This document shows positions 19,379 through 29,107 of a stretch of 64,000 bases of DNA, in pieces. The notes beneath the pieces were generated by a model. The model saw nothing but the letters and a program-made list of their open reading frames with translations. It ran no database searches and was not told the origin of the DNA. The stretch is from Planctomycetaceae bacterium (lineage in GTDB: Bacteria; Planctomycetota; Planctomycetia; Planctomycetales; Planctomycetaceae). Location: the NCBI GenBank assembly GCA_020638955.1, contig JACKHO010000007.1, forward strand, positions 246,745 to 310,744, in the 5' to 3' direction. Both the position numbers and the translations under genes were made by a program. Positions within the stretch are counted from its first letter, which is position 1. Each line of letters begins with the position of its first letter.

Positions 19379-20296
19379 CTACTCGAGGTCGTAAAGTTGA
19401 TCCTGGAGAGCAGAATCACCCAAGGTTCCCTGAGTGGTGTAGCCCAAGCGTTTTTCTTCCATGAGGGCCGCCTGTTCGGGTGAGATGAAGTTGTTTCCTG
19501 GAACATTAATCAGGAATTCCCGGGTCATGGTTTCGACGTGTCCATCGAGGAATGCAACGTTCGCACTATCTCCACCGTGCCGAAAATGTGTCGTGGGATA
19601 ATTATTGCTCGGCGGTTCCAACAGCCAGCACTCTTCAAATCCGAGTTGAGGATAACCCACCGCCTGGGCACAGTCGGCGAACGCAATTGTGCGCGTCATT
19701 TGTGTGACATCGCGGAAGCGATGAGTAAGTGGCTGTGTACTCGGGCCAGGAGCCCACGTGGGTGGCAGCCATTCAATCGCTGAAGTTCGTGACAGGAAGT
19801 AACCGTTGAATCCGTAACCACTGGCGGGCTTGCCGAAGTGGATGTTGTCCATTTGTGATGGACCGAAATTGGGGCACTGAAACGCCATGTAGCTGGTTTC
19901 GATATACGGTGCCAGTGGCCCCTTGGTGTAATCGAGCTGCATTGCGGGATTCGGTTCGTCGTAGTTCACCAGACCAAACCAGAATTGGGCCTTCCCCTGT
20001 GGGCCGCTGAAGGTTGAGAGGTATTGAGTACGCTGAACATCTTCGACGACATAGGGCACCATATGCTCGTAGTGGGAGTCGGCATAGTTGTGCATCGCCA
20101 GCACGAGCTGCTTCAAGTTATTGCGGCATTGGGTGCGACGTGCCGCCTCGCGCGCCTGCTGGACTGCCGGAAGGAGCAAAGCAACGAGCACGGCAATAAT
20201 GGCGATGACCACCAGCAGCTCAATGAGTGTAAACGCCCGTCGCCGTCTGGGTGGTTGATGCTCCGCGCAGCCCTGACCACAATTCAAAATCCACAT
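19379..20296 (-). CDS. DUF1559-family protein with a prepilin-type N-terminal cleavage/methylation segment (planctomycete type II pseudopilin-like).
   Basis: [47 protein letters not shown]-terminal ...[10 protein letters not shown]. The start could instead be further upstream (MPRHPV at 20404). Confidence 0.8.
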   Translation of the reverse strand: MWILNCGQGCAEHQPPRRRRAFTLIELLVVIAIIAVLVALLLPAVQQAREAARRTQCRNNLKQLVLAMHNYADSHYEHMVPYVVEDVQRTQYLSTFSGPQGKAQFWFGLVNYDEPNPAMQLDYTKGPLAPYIETSYMAFQCPNFGPSQMDNIHFGKPASGYGFNGYFLSRTSAIEWLPPTWAPGPSTQPLTHRFRDVTQMTRTIAFADCAQAVGYPQLGFEECWLLEPPSNNYPTTHFRHGGDSANVAFLDGHVETMTREFLINVPGNNFISPEQAALMEEKRLGYTTQGTLGDSALQDQLYDLE

Positions 20297-20830
20297 GACA
20301 ATCTCCGTTGCCTGATGCCGCAATTCCCCAATATGAATGGCGGAAATGGGCGATTGCGAATGAGAAGCCGCGCGAAGCAAGAAACGGACCGGATGCCGAG
20401 GCATCCTGCCGGACCGAGTCTGTTCTCCGCAGACTTTCATTCAGTTGACTGACCACAAGGCAGGTCTTCTGGCTTCCGGATTGTCCTACTTGCCGCGCCT
20501 TCCCTCACACGTTTGTGAAGTGGCGAGTGCGGCGTTCGTCCCCGGTTACAGCGGCGGGACCGCGACGGATTTACACCGTCTTCCCTATTCTTCCACCAGG
20601 AACACCCTGGCGGACACCTCGGTCAGCTGGAATCGTGACGCGGCGTGGTTCGATTGTCAAGGAATTCAAACTCGCCACGAATTGTGAGAACCGCAACGTT
20701 TTCTCATCAGTCACAGAAGGTCTTGGGGGGATTCGTCCAAGTCGCTATCTTCTCAGTCATTACAGCAACGGAAGCTCCCTAAATCGCTTCCGGTCATCGT
20801 CCCCATTGCAATTGCAGAATACCCATTCCC

Positions 20831-22381
20831 ATGTCCCTGCGCGTTTACAACACCCTCACTCGTGAAAAAGAGACGTTTCAACCACTCGAACCTGGCAAGG
20901 TTTCGATGTATCTGTGCGGGCCGACGGTCTACAAGCCGGCGCATATTGGACACATGGTGGGACCTGTCATTTTCGACACCGTCAAACGCTTCCTGCAGTA
21001 CGTCGGGTACGATGTCACATTTGTCATTAACATCACCGACGTCGACGACAAGCTCATCAACAAAGCTCACGAACTGGGAATGACCGTTAAGGCGCTCGCT
21101 GAGCAAATGACGGAAGACTACTTTGACAACTTGCGTTTGATGGGCGTCGATTCCGTCGACAAGTTTCCGTACGCCACCGACCACATCGGCGACATGCTGG
21201 AAATGATTCAGCGTCTTGTCGACAACGGTCACGCGTATCCCCTCGATGGCGACGTTTATTTCTCGGTGACGGCCGATGACGACTACGGCAAACTGTCTCA
21301 CCGCAGCGTGGAGCAAATGCTGGCCGGTACACGTGTGGAAGCGAACAACCGCAAGAAGAATCCTGCGGACTTTGCCCTTTGGAAATCATCGAAGGCAGAT
21401 GAACCGGCCTGGGAAAGTCCCTGGGGACCGGGTCGACCCGGCTGGCACATTGAATGCTCCGCCATGTCGTCCAAGTTGCTCGGCGATTCCATCGACATTC
21501 ACGGTGGCGGCCTCGACCTGATGTTTCCGCACCACGAGAACGAATTGGCTCAGTCCGAGTCGGCCTCGGGGAAGTGCTTCGTACGTTACTGGATGCACAA
21601 CGGCCTCATGCAATCGGGCAAGAACACCGGCAAGGTCGGTGGCCAGCACGACAAGCACGGCGATACGTCGGCGGAGGATCAAATCGCCGGAAAACTCGCT
21701 GGCTCCGCAGGTGCAGAGTCGGTGAAGACCGCCGTGTTTGCTCACCAGCATCCCGAAGCCGTCCGCTTCTTTTTGTTGTCGACCCATTACCGCAGCCCCA
21801 TCGATTTCTCTTTGGAAAACATTGCGAACACGGCGAAGGGACTCGAAGGCATTTACCGTATGTTCGAAACAGTCGAACGAATTTGCGGCACCTGCCCCTA
21901 CTCCATCGAAGTTCCGACGTCTGGTGAGAACACGACGGACTTGTCGGCACTCCCTGCGGAAACAGCTGCCGAACTGACCGCCTTGCGAGGTCGCTTCCTC
22001 GATGCCATGAACGACGATTTCAACACCGGCGGTGCCATTGGCAACCTGTTTGAAATGCGCAAGTGCATTAATGGATTCATTGCTCACAACAAACTCGATC
22101 AACAGGCGACAGCAGAACAAAAGGCTGGTCTCTTGGCTGCCATCACATTGTTCCGCGAGTTGGGACAACTCGTGGGCGTATTCCGAAAGCCCATTGAGAA
22201 GACAACTGCCGCCGATGACGGACTGGTCGGCGGTTTGATGGATCTCATTCTCGAACTCCGGGCCGACGCGCGCAAGGAAAAGAACTGGGCAGCCGCCGAC
22301 AAAATCCGCGACCAGCTCAAAGCCCTTAACATTACCGTCGAAGACGTCAAAGACGGTCCGGCGCGCTGGCAACGCGGGTGA
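20831..22381 (+). CDS. cysS: Cysteine--tRNA ligase.
   Basis: HIGH motif (PAHIGHMVGP), CSAMSSKLLGDSIDIHGGGLDLMFPHHENE, and the anticodon-binding C-terminal domain. The KMSKS region is atypical (see findings). Confidence 0.9.
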   Translation: MSLRVYNTLTREKETFQPLEPGKVSMYLCGPTVYKPAHIGHMVGPVIFDTVKRFLQYVGYDVTFVINITDVDDKLINKAHELGMTVKALAEQMTEDYFDNLRLMGVDSVDKFPYATDHIGDMLEMIQRLVDNGHAYPLDGDVYFSVTADDDYGKLSHRSVEQMLAGTRVEANNRKKNPADFALWKSSKADEPAWESPWGPGRPGWHIECSAMSSKLLGDSIDIHGGGLDLMFPHHENELAQSESASGKCFVRYWMHNGLMQSGKNTGKVGGQHDKHGDTSAEDQIAGKLAGSAGAESVKTAVFAHQHPEAVRFFLLSTHYRSPIDFSLENIANTAKGLEGIYRMFETVERICGTCPYSIEVPTSGENTTDLSALPAETAAELTALRGRFLDAMNDDFNTGGAIGNLFEMRKCINGFIAHNKLDQQATAEQKAGLLAAITLFRELGQLVGVFRKPIEKTTAADDGLVGGLMDLILELRADARKEKNWAAADKIRDQLKALNITVEDVKDGPARWQRG

Positions 22382-22543
22382 CATCCGCCAGCGTAACCAT
22401 CGAGCGGACGCACTCAGCACGAATTCGCGCTGAGTGCCAGGTCGAAGGTTGATGACTCGGTTTGTACTATGGTGGTTTTCGTTGCACAGTCCTGCCAATG
22501 GCATCGACTAAGTGACAACTCACCCCCTGCGTACAATCGGACC

Positions 22544-23971
22544 ATGTCTCGAATCATCACTCTCCTGCTGGCACTTGCGACGCCTGGATTCCTGCGCGCT
22601 GCCGAAACATCAATCCGCGACGACAGGCCGCGGGTAATTGTCACCACCGACGGAGAGGCCGATGACCGTTGCTCCATGATTCGGTTTCTGCTGACATCCA
22701 ACGAATTTGAAGTCGAAGGAATTGTGAACAGCAGTTCGCAGTTTCACTGGGAAGGTGGGCAGGGATGGAACGCGTTTCATCCCGTGACGTGGGTGCGTGA
22801 TCAAATCCAGTTGTATGCTCAGGTGTATGACAATTTGAAATTGCATGATCCCAACTATCCCACGCCCGAGTATTTGCTGAGTCGCTGGAAGGTGGGAAAC
22901 ATTAGTGGCATCGGCGAAGACGAAATTCGCACCGAGGGAGCAGAATGGATTGCGGAAGTCCTTCTCGACGAAAGCAATTCCCGACCCGTCTGGGTTCAAG
23001 CGTGGGGAGGATGCAACACAATTTCGCGGGCTTTGAAAATCATTCAGGACGACCATCCCGACCGTATGCAGGAAGTGGCCGACAAGCTGCGGCTGTTTCT
23101 CATTTGGGAACAGGACGAAACTTACCAGTCATCCATTCGACCCAACTGGGAACATCTGGGAGTGCCGACAATCATCGCCGATCAATTCGACTGCATGGCC
23201 TACATTTGGCCCAAGGTGTTGCCCGAGGAAACGAAGACATACTTCCAGGCCGACTGGATGGGCAAGCACATTCTGCAGGGGCACGGTCCCCTCTGTTCAG
23301 CGTACGAGCACAAGGACGGCGCGTTCCACGCGGAAGGCGACACGCCCGCATTTCTCTACTCCATTCCGAATGGACTCAGGAACATGGAGTCGCCCGGTTG
23401 GGGAGGGTGGGGCGGGCGCTATGTGAAAGTCCGCAACAACGTGTGGCTCGACCCTCCACCCGCAACGGACTGGAAACATCCCGAGGGCCGCTGGCACTTC
23501 GGCAACAGTTGGTCCAAGCAACTCGAAAACGTCAACAGCCCCGCAGAGCAACAAATGCGCACGGCCTACTTCAAACCAATGTGGCGCTGGATGCCCGCCG
23601 TACAGAACGATTTCGCCGCCCGAGCCGACTGGTGCGTGAAAGACTATGCTTCGGCCAACCACCATCCTGTCGTGCGATTGAAGGAGACGCCCCTCGACAT
23701 TGAAGCCGAGCCCGGCAAAGCCATTCTCCTCGACGCTACTCCGACGACCGATCCCGACCGAGATATCCTCAGCTTCCGCTGGTGGCACTACATCGAAGCG
23801 GGCACCTATGCCGGCAAGCAATTGCCGGAATCAAGTCAACCGAAAGCAACTCTTGCCATCCCGCTCGATGCCCAACCCGGCAACCAAATTCACATGGTGT
23901 GCGAAGTCACTGACAACGGTGAACCGCCGCTGACTCGCTACCAACGCGTCGTCGTGCGTATACGAGATTGA
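22544..23971 (+). CDS. Secreted DUF1593-like protein (nucleoside-hydrolase-like N-terminal domain plus a C-terminal beta domain).
   Basis: Signal peptide MSRIITLLLALATPGFLRAAE, then VIVTTDGEADDRCSMIRFLL, which resembles an IU-nucleoside-hydrolase-like fold. Family call is from memory. Confidence 0.55.
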   Translation: MSRIITLLLALATPGFLRAAETSIRDDRPRVIVTTDGEADDRCSMIRFLLTSNEFEVEGIVNSSSQFHWEGGQGWNAFHPVTWVRDQIQLYAQVYDNLKLHDPNYPTPEYLLSRWKVGNISGIGEDEIRTEGAEWIAEVLLDESNSRPVWVQAWGGCNTISRALKIIQDDHPDRMQEVADKLRLFLIWEQDETYQSSIRPNWEHLGVPTIIADQFDCMAYIWPKVLPEETKTYFQADWMGKHILQGHGPLCSAYEHKDGAFHAEGDTPAFLYSIPNGLRNMESPGWGGWGGRYVKVRNNVWLDPPPATDWKHPEGRWHFGNSWSKQLENVNSPAEQQMRTAYFKPMWRWMPAVQNDFAARADWCVKDYASANHHPVVRLKETPLDIEAEPGKAILLDATPTTDPDRDILSFRWWHYIEAGTYAGKQLPESSQPKATLAIPLDAQPGNQIHMVCEVTDNGEPPLTRYQRVVVRIRD

Positions 23972-24051
23972 CGTTATTATTCTTCCTGTCGCTCTCACCT
24001 TCCTTCTGGTTGAGCACCGACCATCAACTTTATGTTGAAAAGGATGATTTG

Positions 24052-25185
24052 ATGCCTGTTGTTTTGAACCTCGATGGGAAACACCCGAAGTGCAGAATTC
24101 CGAACAACACGTGGCGGATATCTCTCGACTCCAACGACCGTGAGCTGGTCGAGGCGTATTGGGGGCTTTCCTATGCAGCGGGGCCGTTGGACTGGTCGCA
24201 GCTTTCACGGCTCAAAGAGTTGAAGGACGTCACGTACACCGGGCGCGACGCAACGGTTCTCGACTATCTCGCGTCTCCGAAATGTACGGTCTCTACATTC
24301 TCCTGGCACGAAAGTGGTCGCAGTCGTTTTGACTTCTCGAACGCCAAGGCGCTCGACAACATTGGAATTGAAGTAACCGGTAAATTACTGCATATCAAAT
24401 TGCCCACGCATGGCCGCTTTGAATATTTGAGAATCCTGCAACCTCCTAAGGGATGCCGTGCCACGGTCGTTTGCCCCAATCGGGGCGAAGGAGTGACGCT
24501 GATGATTTACGGCCCGACCTTCCTCGCCATTCCCGGCCTGAAGCAAATTCGACGACTACAACTCTTCGACTGCCGGGATGTTGACCTGTCGAACATCGCG
24601 AAGGCGTACCCGCACCTCGAGTCACTCGACATTTCCGGGAAGGCAGTGACGTTGCGGCACGAGGAATGTCTGACAAAGCTCAAATCCTTAGAGGAACTGT
24701 GCATTCAGAACTGCTACACAATGGATGTCACTGCGTTCCCAGACCCCACTCATCTTCGTGCGCTGGAAAGTCTTGACATCGATGGACTGCGAGCCGACGA
24801 CGCAGAGGCACTCAAAGCGAAGTATCAGAGTCTCGAAGAACTAAGTTTGCGCGGAAAGCGAACGGCTGAGTGGATCGCCAATAATTTGGACAATCCCTTC
24901 CGTGACTGGAGCGACTACTTCGGAGCCGCCGCCGGCAAGAAAGCAATGTCCGCCTGGAACACCGCTAACAATGACCTCACCAAACTCGGCAAAAAGGTCA
25001 ATGCAAAGAAATCGGCCACCATCCTCAAGGCGTTCGTCGAGGTGTTTAACCAGCTCGAAGCCAAGTCGGGGTTGGAAACCGACCAGCGGGAAACCATCTA
25101 CGACGCCTTCATGACCCTGACGAAAAAACTCCCCAGCGGAATGGTTTCCGAAACTCACTATTACGACTGGGCGGCGTTCGCGTAG
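24052..25185 (+). CDS. Hypothetical cytoplasmic protein with leucine-rich-repeat-like segments.
   Basis: ATG at 24052 chosen over the TTG at 23968. Repeated L-x-x-L-x-L-x-x-C/N patterns (LESLDISGK, LEELCIQNC, LESLDIDGL). Confidence 0.45.
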   Translation: MPVVLNLDGKHPKCRIPNNTWRISLDSNDRELVEAYWGLSYAAGPLDWSQLSRLKELKDVTYTGRDATVLDYLASPKCTVSTFSWHESGRSRFDFSNAKALDNIGIEVTGKLLHIKLPTHGRFEYLRILQPPKGCRATVVCPNRGEGVTLMIYGPTFLAIPGLKQIRRLQLFDCRDVDLSNIAKAYPHLESLDISGKAVTLRHEECLTKLKSLEELCIQNCYTMDVTAFPDPTHLRALESLDIDGLRADDAEALKAKYQSLEELSLRGKRTAEWIANNLDNPFRDWSDYFGAAAGKKAMSAWNTANNDLTKLGKKVNAKKSATILKAFVEVFNQLEAKSGLETDQRETIYDAFMTLTKKLPSGMVSETHYYDWAAFA

Positions 25186-25376
25186 ACAGCGTTGCGATCA
25201 ACCCCAGTGCCGTACCCCCAACTCATCTCCGTCGTGCAGAATGTGCGGCAGGAATAGCAATTACGCGAAAGATTGAGAAAAATCTCCAACGAAGTAGGCT
25301 CCCGGGGAGTACGTCCGGTGGAAACTGTAGTCACAAATGGATACGCAGTAATCGTCGAAACCAGGAGGACGCTTCC

Positions 25377-26615
25377 ATGCGGCCAGAACACTTCTTCAGT
25401 ACCCGTGGGATGTACACCGCCAGCTTGGTTATGCTGTTGGCGGTACCAGCTTCCAGTTGGGCACAGCCAACTCAGTCGCGCAGCGAAACGTCGGATGATT
25501 TGACTGTGCGTCTTGTCGACGCTGAATCAAATCCGATCGCTGGCGCTCGAATTGGATTCGAGGCTTCCTTCGGAGACAATTCATTCGAAGCACCGTCCTG
25601 GGTGTTTGTCCCAGATCCAGCGTCTCTGGAGCGTCTGCCGACCGAAGTCATCAGTGACGAGCAGGGCATGGCCACGTTCAAAGGGGGCAAAACAATTGCG
25701 AGCAAATACCGTGTGGCCCTCGTCGCACGACAAGAAGAACTGCACCTTGCTGGCGTCACCAATCTAAGCCGCGAGGGAAATGACGACGTCAAAATGGTTC
25801 TCTACCCGGAATGCAGGATTACCGGAAACTTGCAGTGCGGCGAACTTGAATCAAAAGGACTCGAACTTCATCGCAACTGGGTGGGGGTCAATTTCAACAA
25901 ACAACTCTGTATCGAGCACTATTCGAATACGTCCGGTTTTGAAATGTACCTTCCGCCGGGGGAGTATTCTCTCTTTGCCGTTGGAGGCGATGGCGGAACA
26001 CTGAAAGCGGAGCGTTCTCTTGTCGTTCCGGTAGGAGTGGCCGAGATAGAATTATTTCCCATCGAACTGTCGCTCAAGCCATCAAGAGGATTGGGTGGAC
26101 GTCCAGCACCCGAACTCACAGATGTCATCGCCTGGAAGGGAGACGGGCCAAAATCGCTCAAGGACTTGAAGGGAAAGGTTGTCCTCCTCGACTTCTGGGG
26201 CTACTGGTGCCAGGCGTGCATAGCCAAAATGCCCAGGCTAATCGAACTCGACAATCTCTACCGGCAACACGGCCTGGTCATTCTCGGACTGCACATCGAT
26301 ACGGGCGAGAAAATCACATCGCTCCCCGAGTACGACGCGTTTATGGAAAGGCTGAAGGAGAAAGCTCTCGGCGGAAAAGAGGTGGCGTACCCCGTAGCGC
26401 TCATTGCGGAAAAAGAAACGCCTTTCGCCGGTAATTCCGCGAAAGCTGCCATGTGCAAAATCGCGGCCGCCTACGGAGTTGACCGCTACCCGACCATGAT
26501 TCTCATCGATCGCAACGGAAACATCGTCGGCGAATTTCACGACACACCTGAAGACCTCGCCACGCTCAAGAAGCTTCTCGGCCTTCCTGATGGCTCAGAT
26601 GAATCAAAGCCCTGA
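25377..26615 (+). CDS. Secreted TlpA/ResA-like thiol-disulfide oxidoreductase fused to an N-terminal beta-sandwich domain.
   Basis: Signal peptide. The C-terminal thioredoxin fold has VVLLDFWGYWCQAC (CxxC) ... YPTMILIDRNG. Confidence 0.75.
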   Translation: MRPEHFFSTRGMYTASLVMLLAVPASSWAQPTQSRSETSDDLTVRLVDAESNPIAGARIGFEASFGDNSFEAPSWVFVPDPASLERLPTEVISDEQGMATFKGGKTIASKYRVALVARQEELHLAGVTNLSREGNDDVKMVLYPECRITGNLQCGELESKGLELHRNWVGVNFNKQLCIEHYSNTSGFEMYLPPGEYSLFAVGGDGGTLKAERSLVVPVGVAEIELFPIELSLKPSRGLGGRPAPELTDVIAWKGDGPKSLKDLKGKVVLLDFWGYWCQACIAKMPRLIELDNLYRQHGLVILGLHIDTGEKITSLPEYDAFMERLKEKALGGKEVAYPVALIAEKETPFAGNSAKAAMCKIAAAYGVDRYPTMILIDRNGNIVGEFHDTPEDLATLKKLLGLPDGSDESKP

Positions 26616-26655
26616 TGGCCCCCCAAGACAGCCGATACGGAACCGCGAAATCGGC

Positions 26656-28422
26656 CTACCTGCGAATTCCGCGTGCTAAGGCTGAATGGATCATTAGCTC
26701 GTCGCGCGTCGCCTCAACCTCCGTGTTTTCGGGAAAGACTCGGATTCGAATCGACTTATCTCCCACGGCGACGATAATCGCACTACTCCAACCTCCGTTG
26801 TTCCTGTATTTCACAGGAAGGTTCTTTCTCAGCGGTAAGTCTTCTGCGACAACTTCGTGACCAGGAGGTACACCGGAGTCGAATGTTCCGACGCCGTTTC
26901 GCATTGGGTCGGGCACCGGGACTGGCTCCGGCTGCATCGAGTTGAAAAATGCTTCGGGATCGGCCATTGCTTCCTCAAACTTGGCCATTTCTTCATCAAG
27001 CTTGGCAAATTCTTTTGGACGGATGATCAAATCTGTTCGGTTGACGGTGTTCTCAAAATTGGTCTCTGTTTGCCGCACTGTCACCATTCGCGGTCCGTCG
27101 ATTTCAATGACTTCGGCATCTTTCCATTGCTGGGCAAATAGGATCTTTACGCTTGTCCCAATCTCAAGCCGTGTCCTCGAATCTACCCGGCGATAGCTGC
27201 CGGGAATACTCGGCCCGTCAAAGGGCGACGTGCGACCGGGAAAAGGTGGCGGTGCAAAGGCAGAAAGATCTGGCACGTTATCAGCAAGATCTGGCATGCT
27301 GTGTTTCGACGCTTCATGTTTTGCAATTTCGCTTCGAATGAAATCGGGTTTCGTCGCCAGCAAATCGAGCACTTCCAGTGAAACAATTAACTCTGATCGC
27401 GGAACTTGAGCGTCAAAGGCTGCAGGAAATCCATGACGATGCACCTTAACAAGGTCGGAATTCTCCTTGGAAGGTGTTCGCAAAACTTCGACATCGTACC
27501 AATTCTCAAGCTCACCCCATTTGAGTTGTGCTCCCCGCACCAGCGGCGTCTCAGCAGTGACTTGCAAGTAGCCTTCGGGCATCACTCGGGATGCAACACG
27601 CTCGGCTACTTCTTTCTCCCAGGCAGCTTTGCGAGCGGCTTCTTCCTCTTTGGTGGGACGCCGAATGGCTGCTGTAATGCTCGAATTCGCACCGTATGTC
27701 AGAGAATTGGAGACCTTAAACTTCTGTCGATTGAAATCTTCAACAATGCAGTACATCTCGACACCCGCATCCCAGTTCAGATATTGGTCCTTCGAAATAT
27801 ACGGATTGATGCCGGGTGCCGAGGCCACACCAAATGTCCCTTTCTTTTCCAAGGACCACAGGCTGCTGGTGATAATTTCACCATCGGACTTTCGTATCAG
27901 CAGTGTGATGGAGGGCGAACCGCCATCAAATTCTACGGTGTAGTCAATCGCCATCCCTTCCTGGCCAAAGTGGTCCTTTTCAATCCGAGGATTCGACAGG
28001 CGAATTAATGGGTCGGTGCGGCGACGTTCGTGAGGGGTTCCATACGGGGCATTCCCGGCCTCGACGGTTGCTTCCCCAATTGACTTGTCGTACTCCGGCT
28101 TCTGGCCAAGCTCCCTCTGGCGGTTGAGCATGTCCCTTGCTGGCCCCATAAACAGATAAACCCCGCCCCCAACAACCACGCCCACCAACAACACTCCACC
28201 GCCAATCGCCAGCAGTGACATCAGCCAGTTTGCACCCTTTTTCCGACCAGACGACTTGCCTTGCCGCCTGCTGCCGCCGCGTCTTGGCCCCGTTGGCGTG
28301 CGGTAACATCGAATTCGACCGAGCCCAGCGCCTCCGGCTGTCGGATTGTGCTGACCAGCAACAACGCCATCAATGATTGCGTCATTTGCCAGGCATGATG
28401 GTTGAGACTGACGGCGATTCAT
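26656..28422 (-). CDS. Single-pass membrane protein with an Arg-rich cytoplasmic N-terminus and a large periplasmic region containing repeated small beta-domain-like segments.
   Basis: Start MNRRQSQ. TM helix LMSLLAIGGGVLLVGVVVGGGVYLFMG. No recognised catalytic motif. Confidence 0.5.
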   Translation of the reverse strand: MNRRQSQPSCLANDAIIDGVVAGQHNPTAGGAGLGRIRCYRTPTGPRRGGSRRQGKSSGRKKGANWLMSLLAIGGGVLLVGVVVGGGVYLFMGPARDMLNRQRELGQKPEYDKSIGEATVEAGNAPYGTPHERRRTDPLIRLSNPRIEKDHFGQEGMAIDYTVEFDGGSPSITLLIRKSDGEIITSSLWSLEKKGTFGVASAPGINPYISKDQYLNWDAGVEMYCIVEDFNRQKFKVSNSLTYGANSSITAAIRRPTKEEEAARKAAWEKEVAERVASRVMPEGYLQVTAETPLVRGAQLKWGELENWYDVEVLRTPSKENSDLVKVHRHGFPAAFDAQVPRSELIVSLEVLDLLATKPDFIRSEIAKHEASKHSMPDLADNVPDLSAFAPPPFPGRTSPFDGPSIPGSYRRVDSRTRLEIGTSVKILFAQQWKDAEVIEIDGPRMVTVRQTETNFENTVNRTDLIIRPKEFAKLDEEMAKFEEAMADPEAFFNSMQPEPVPVPDPMRNGVGTFDSGVPPGHEVVAEDLPLRKNLPVKYRNNGGWSSAIIVAVGDKSIRIRVFPENTEVEATRDELMIHSALARGIRR

Positions 28423-29107
28423 CGTTGGATTCTCATACGAGCGAGGTCGGCGATACCAGACTTTCTTCGGTGTTATTTGGGCACAAGCGAATTCTACAAG
28501 TTCAAGCAAATCGGTGCGATGGCACACGGCGAAGCGACCAGTGAACTCGAAGCAGATTTTCCAGGGAAAAGGCCAAGGACAGCATGCGGGGAATAACACC
28601 AACCAATACTCCCTCACTTGGGTGATGCCCGAAATCAAACGAGCCACCCTCGTCATCACCAACACCGCCGAAAGCCAGGCCTTCACAGCCTGCGACGCGG
28701 CGACAAGTGTTTTGACGAAGAGCGACGAATTTCGGTAACCAACGTGTAGGGTCCGCTGTGCGGACCGTGCTGCGACGTAACATCGAATTGTCCACCTCTG
28801 TTATACGAACGTTGAAGAGGCAATTCTCCAAATGATCATTGCCAATGCCAGGTCCAGTGCGGTTATCAGAATAGTCCGTCTGCGCCACATTCGATTTGCC
28901 TCCGAGTGTCCGTTGAGATGATGTCTTCGCGGCTCAAGGGAGGCAGCTCAGTTCTCGCGAGCCGCATCAGTAAAGTCACATTCTGTTGAAACAGGCCTCC
29001 ATAACTCCTTTACCGGGATGAAGCGAGTTTCGACCGCAAAACAGAATACTGGGTCATCAGGCAGTGAAATCGCTCACACCTGAGATTTTTCAGTTCGGAC
29101 GAGTCCC

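Noticed and set aside
20441-20830. 390-bp region upstream of cysS. I considered a tRNA, a T-box or another leader.
   Set aside because: No cloverleaf, specifier hairpin or terminator/antiterminator pair could be folded by eye. It probably holds only the promoter and 5' UTR.
21386-22504. 372-aa ORF on the minus strand.
   Set aside because: It is entirely antisense to cysS. It has no motifs and is a typical high-GC antisense open frame.
23968-24051. N-terminal extension (TTG start) of the LRR-like protein.
   Set aside because: The ORF track begins at a TTG that overlaps the upstream stop. The first ATG, at 24052, is the more credible start.
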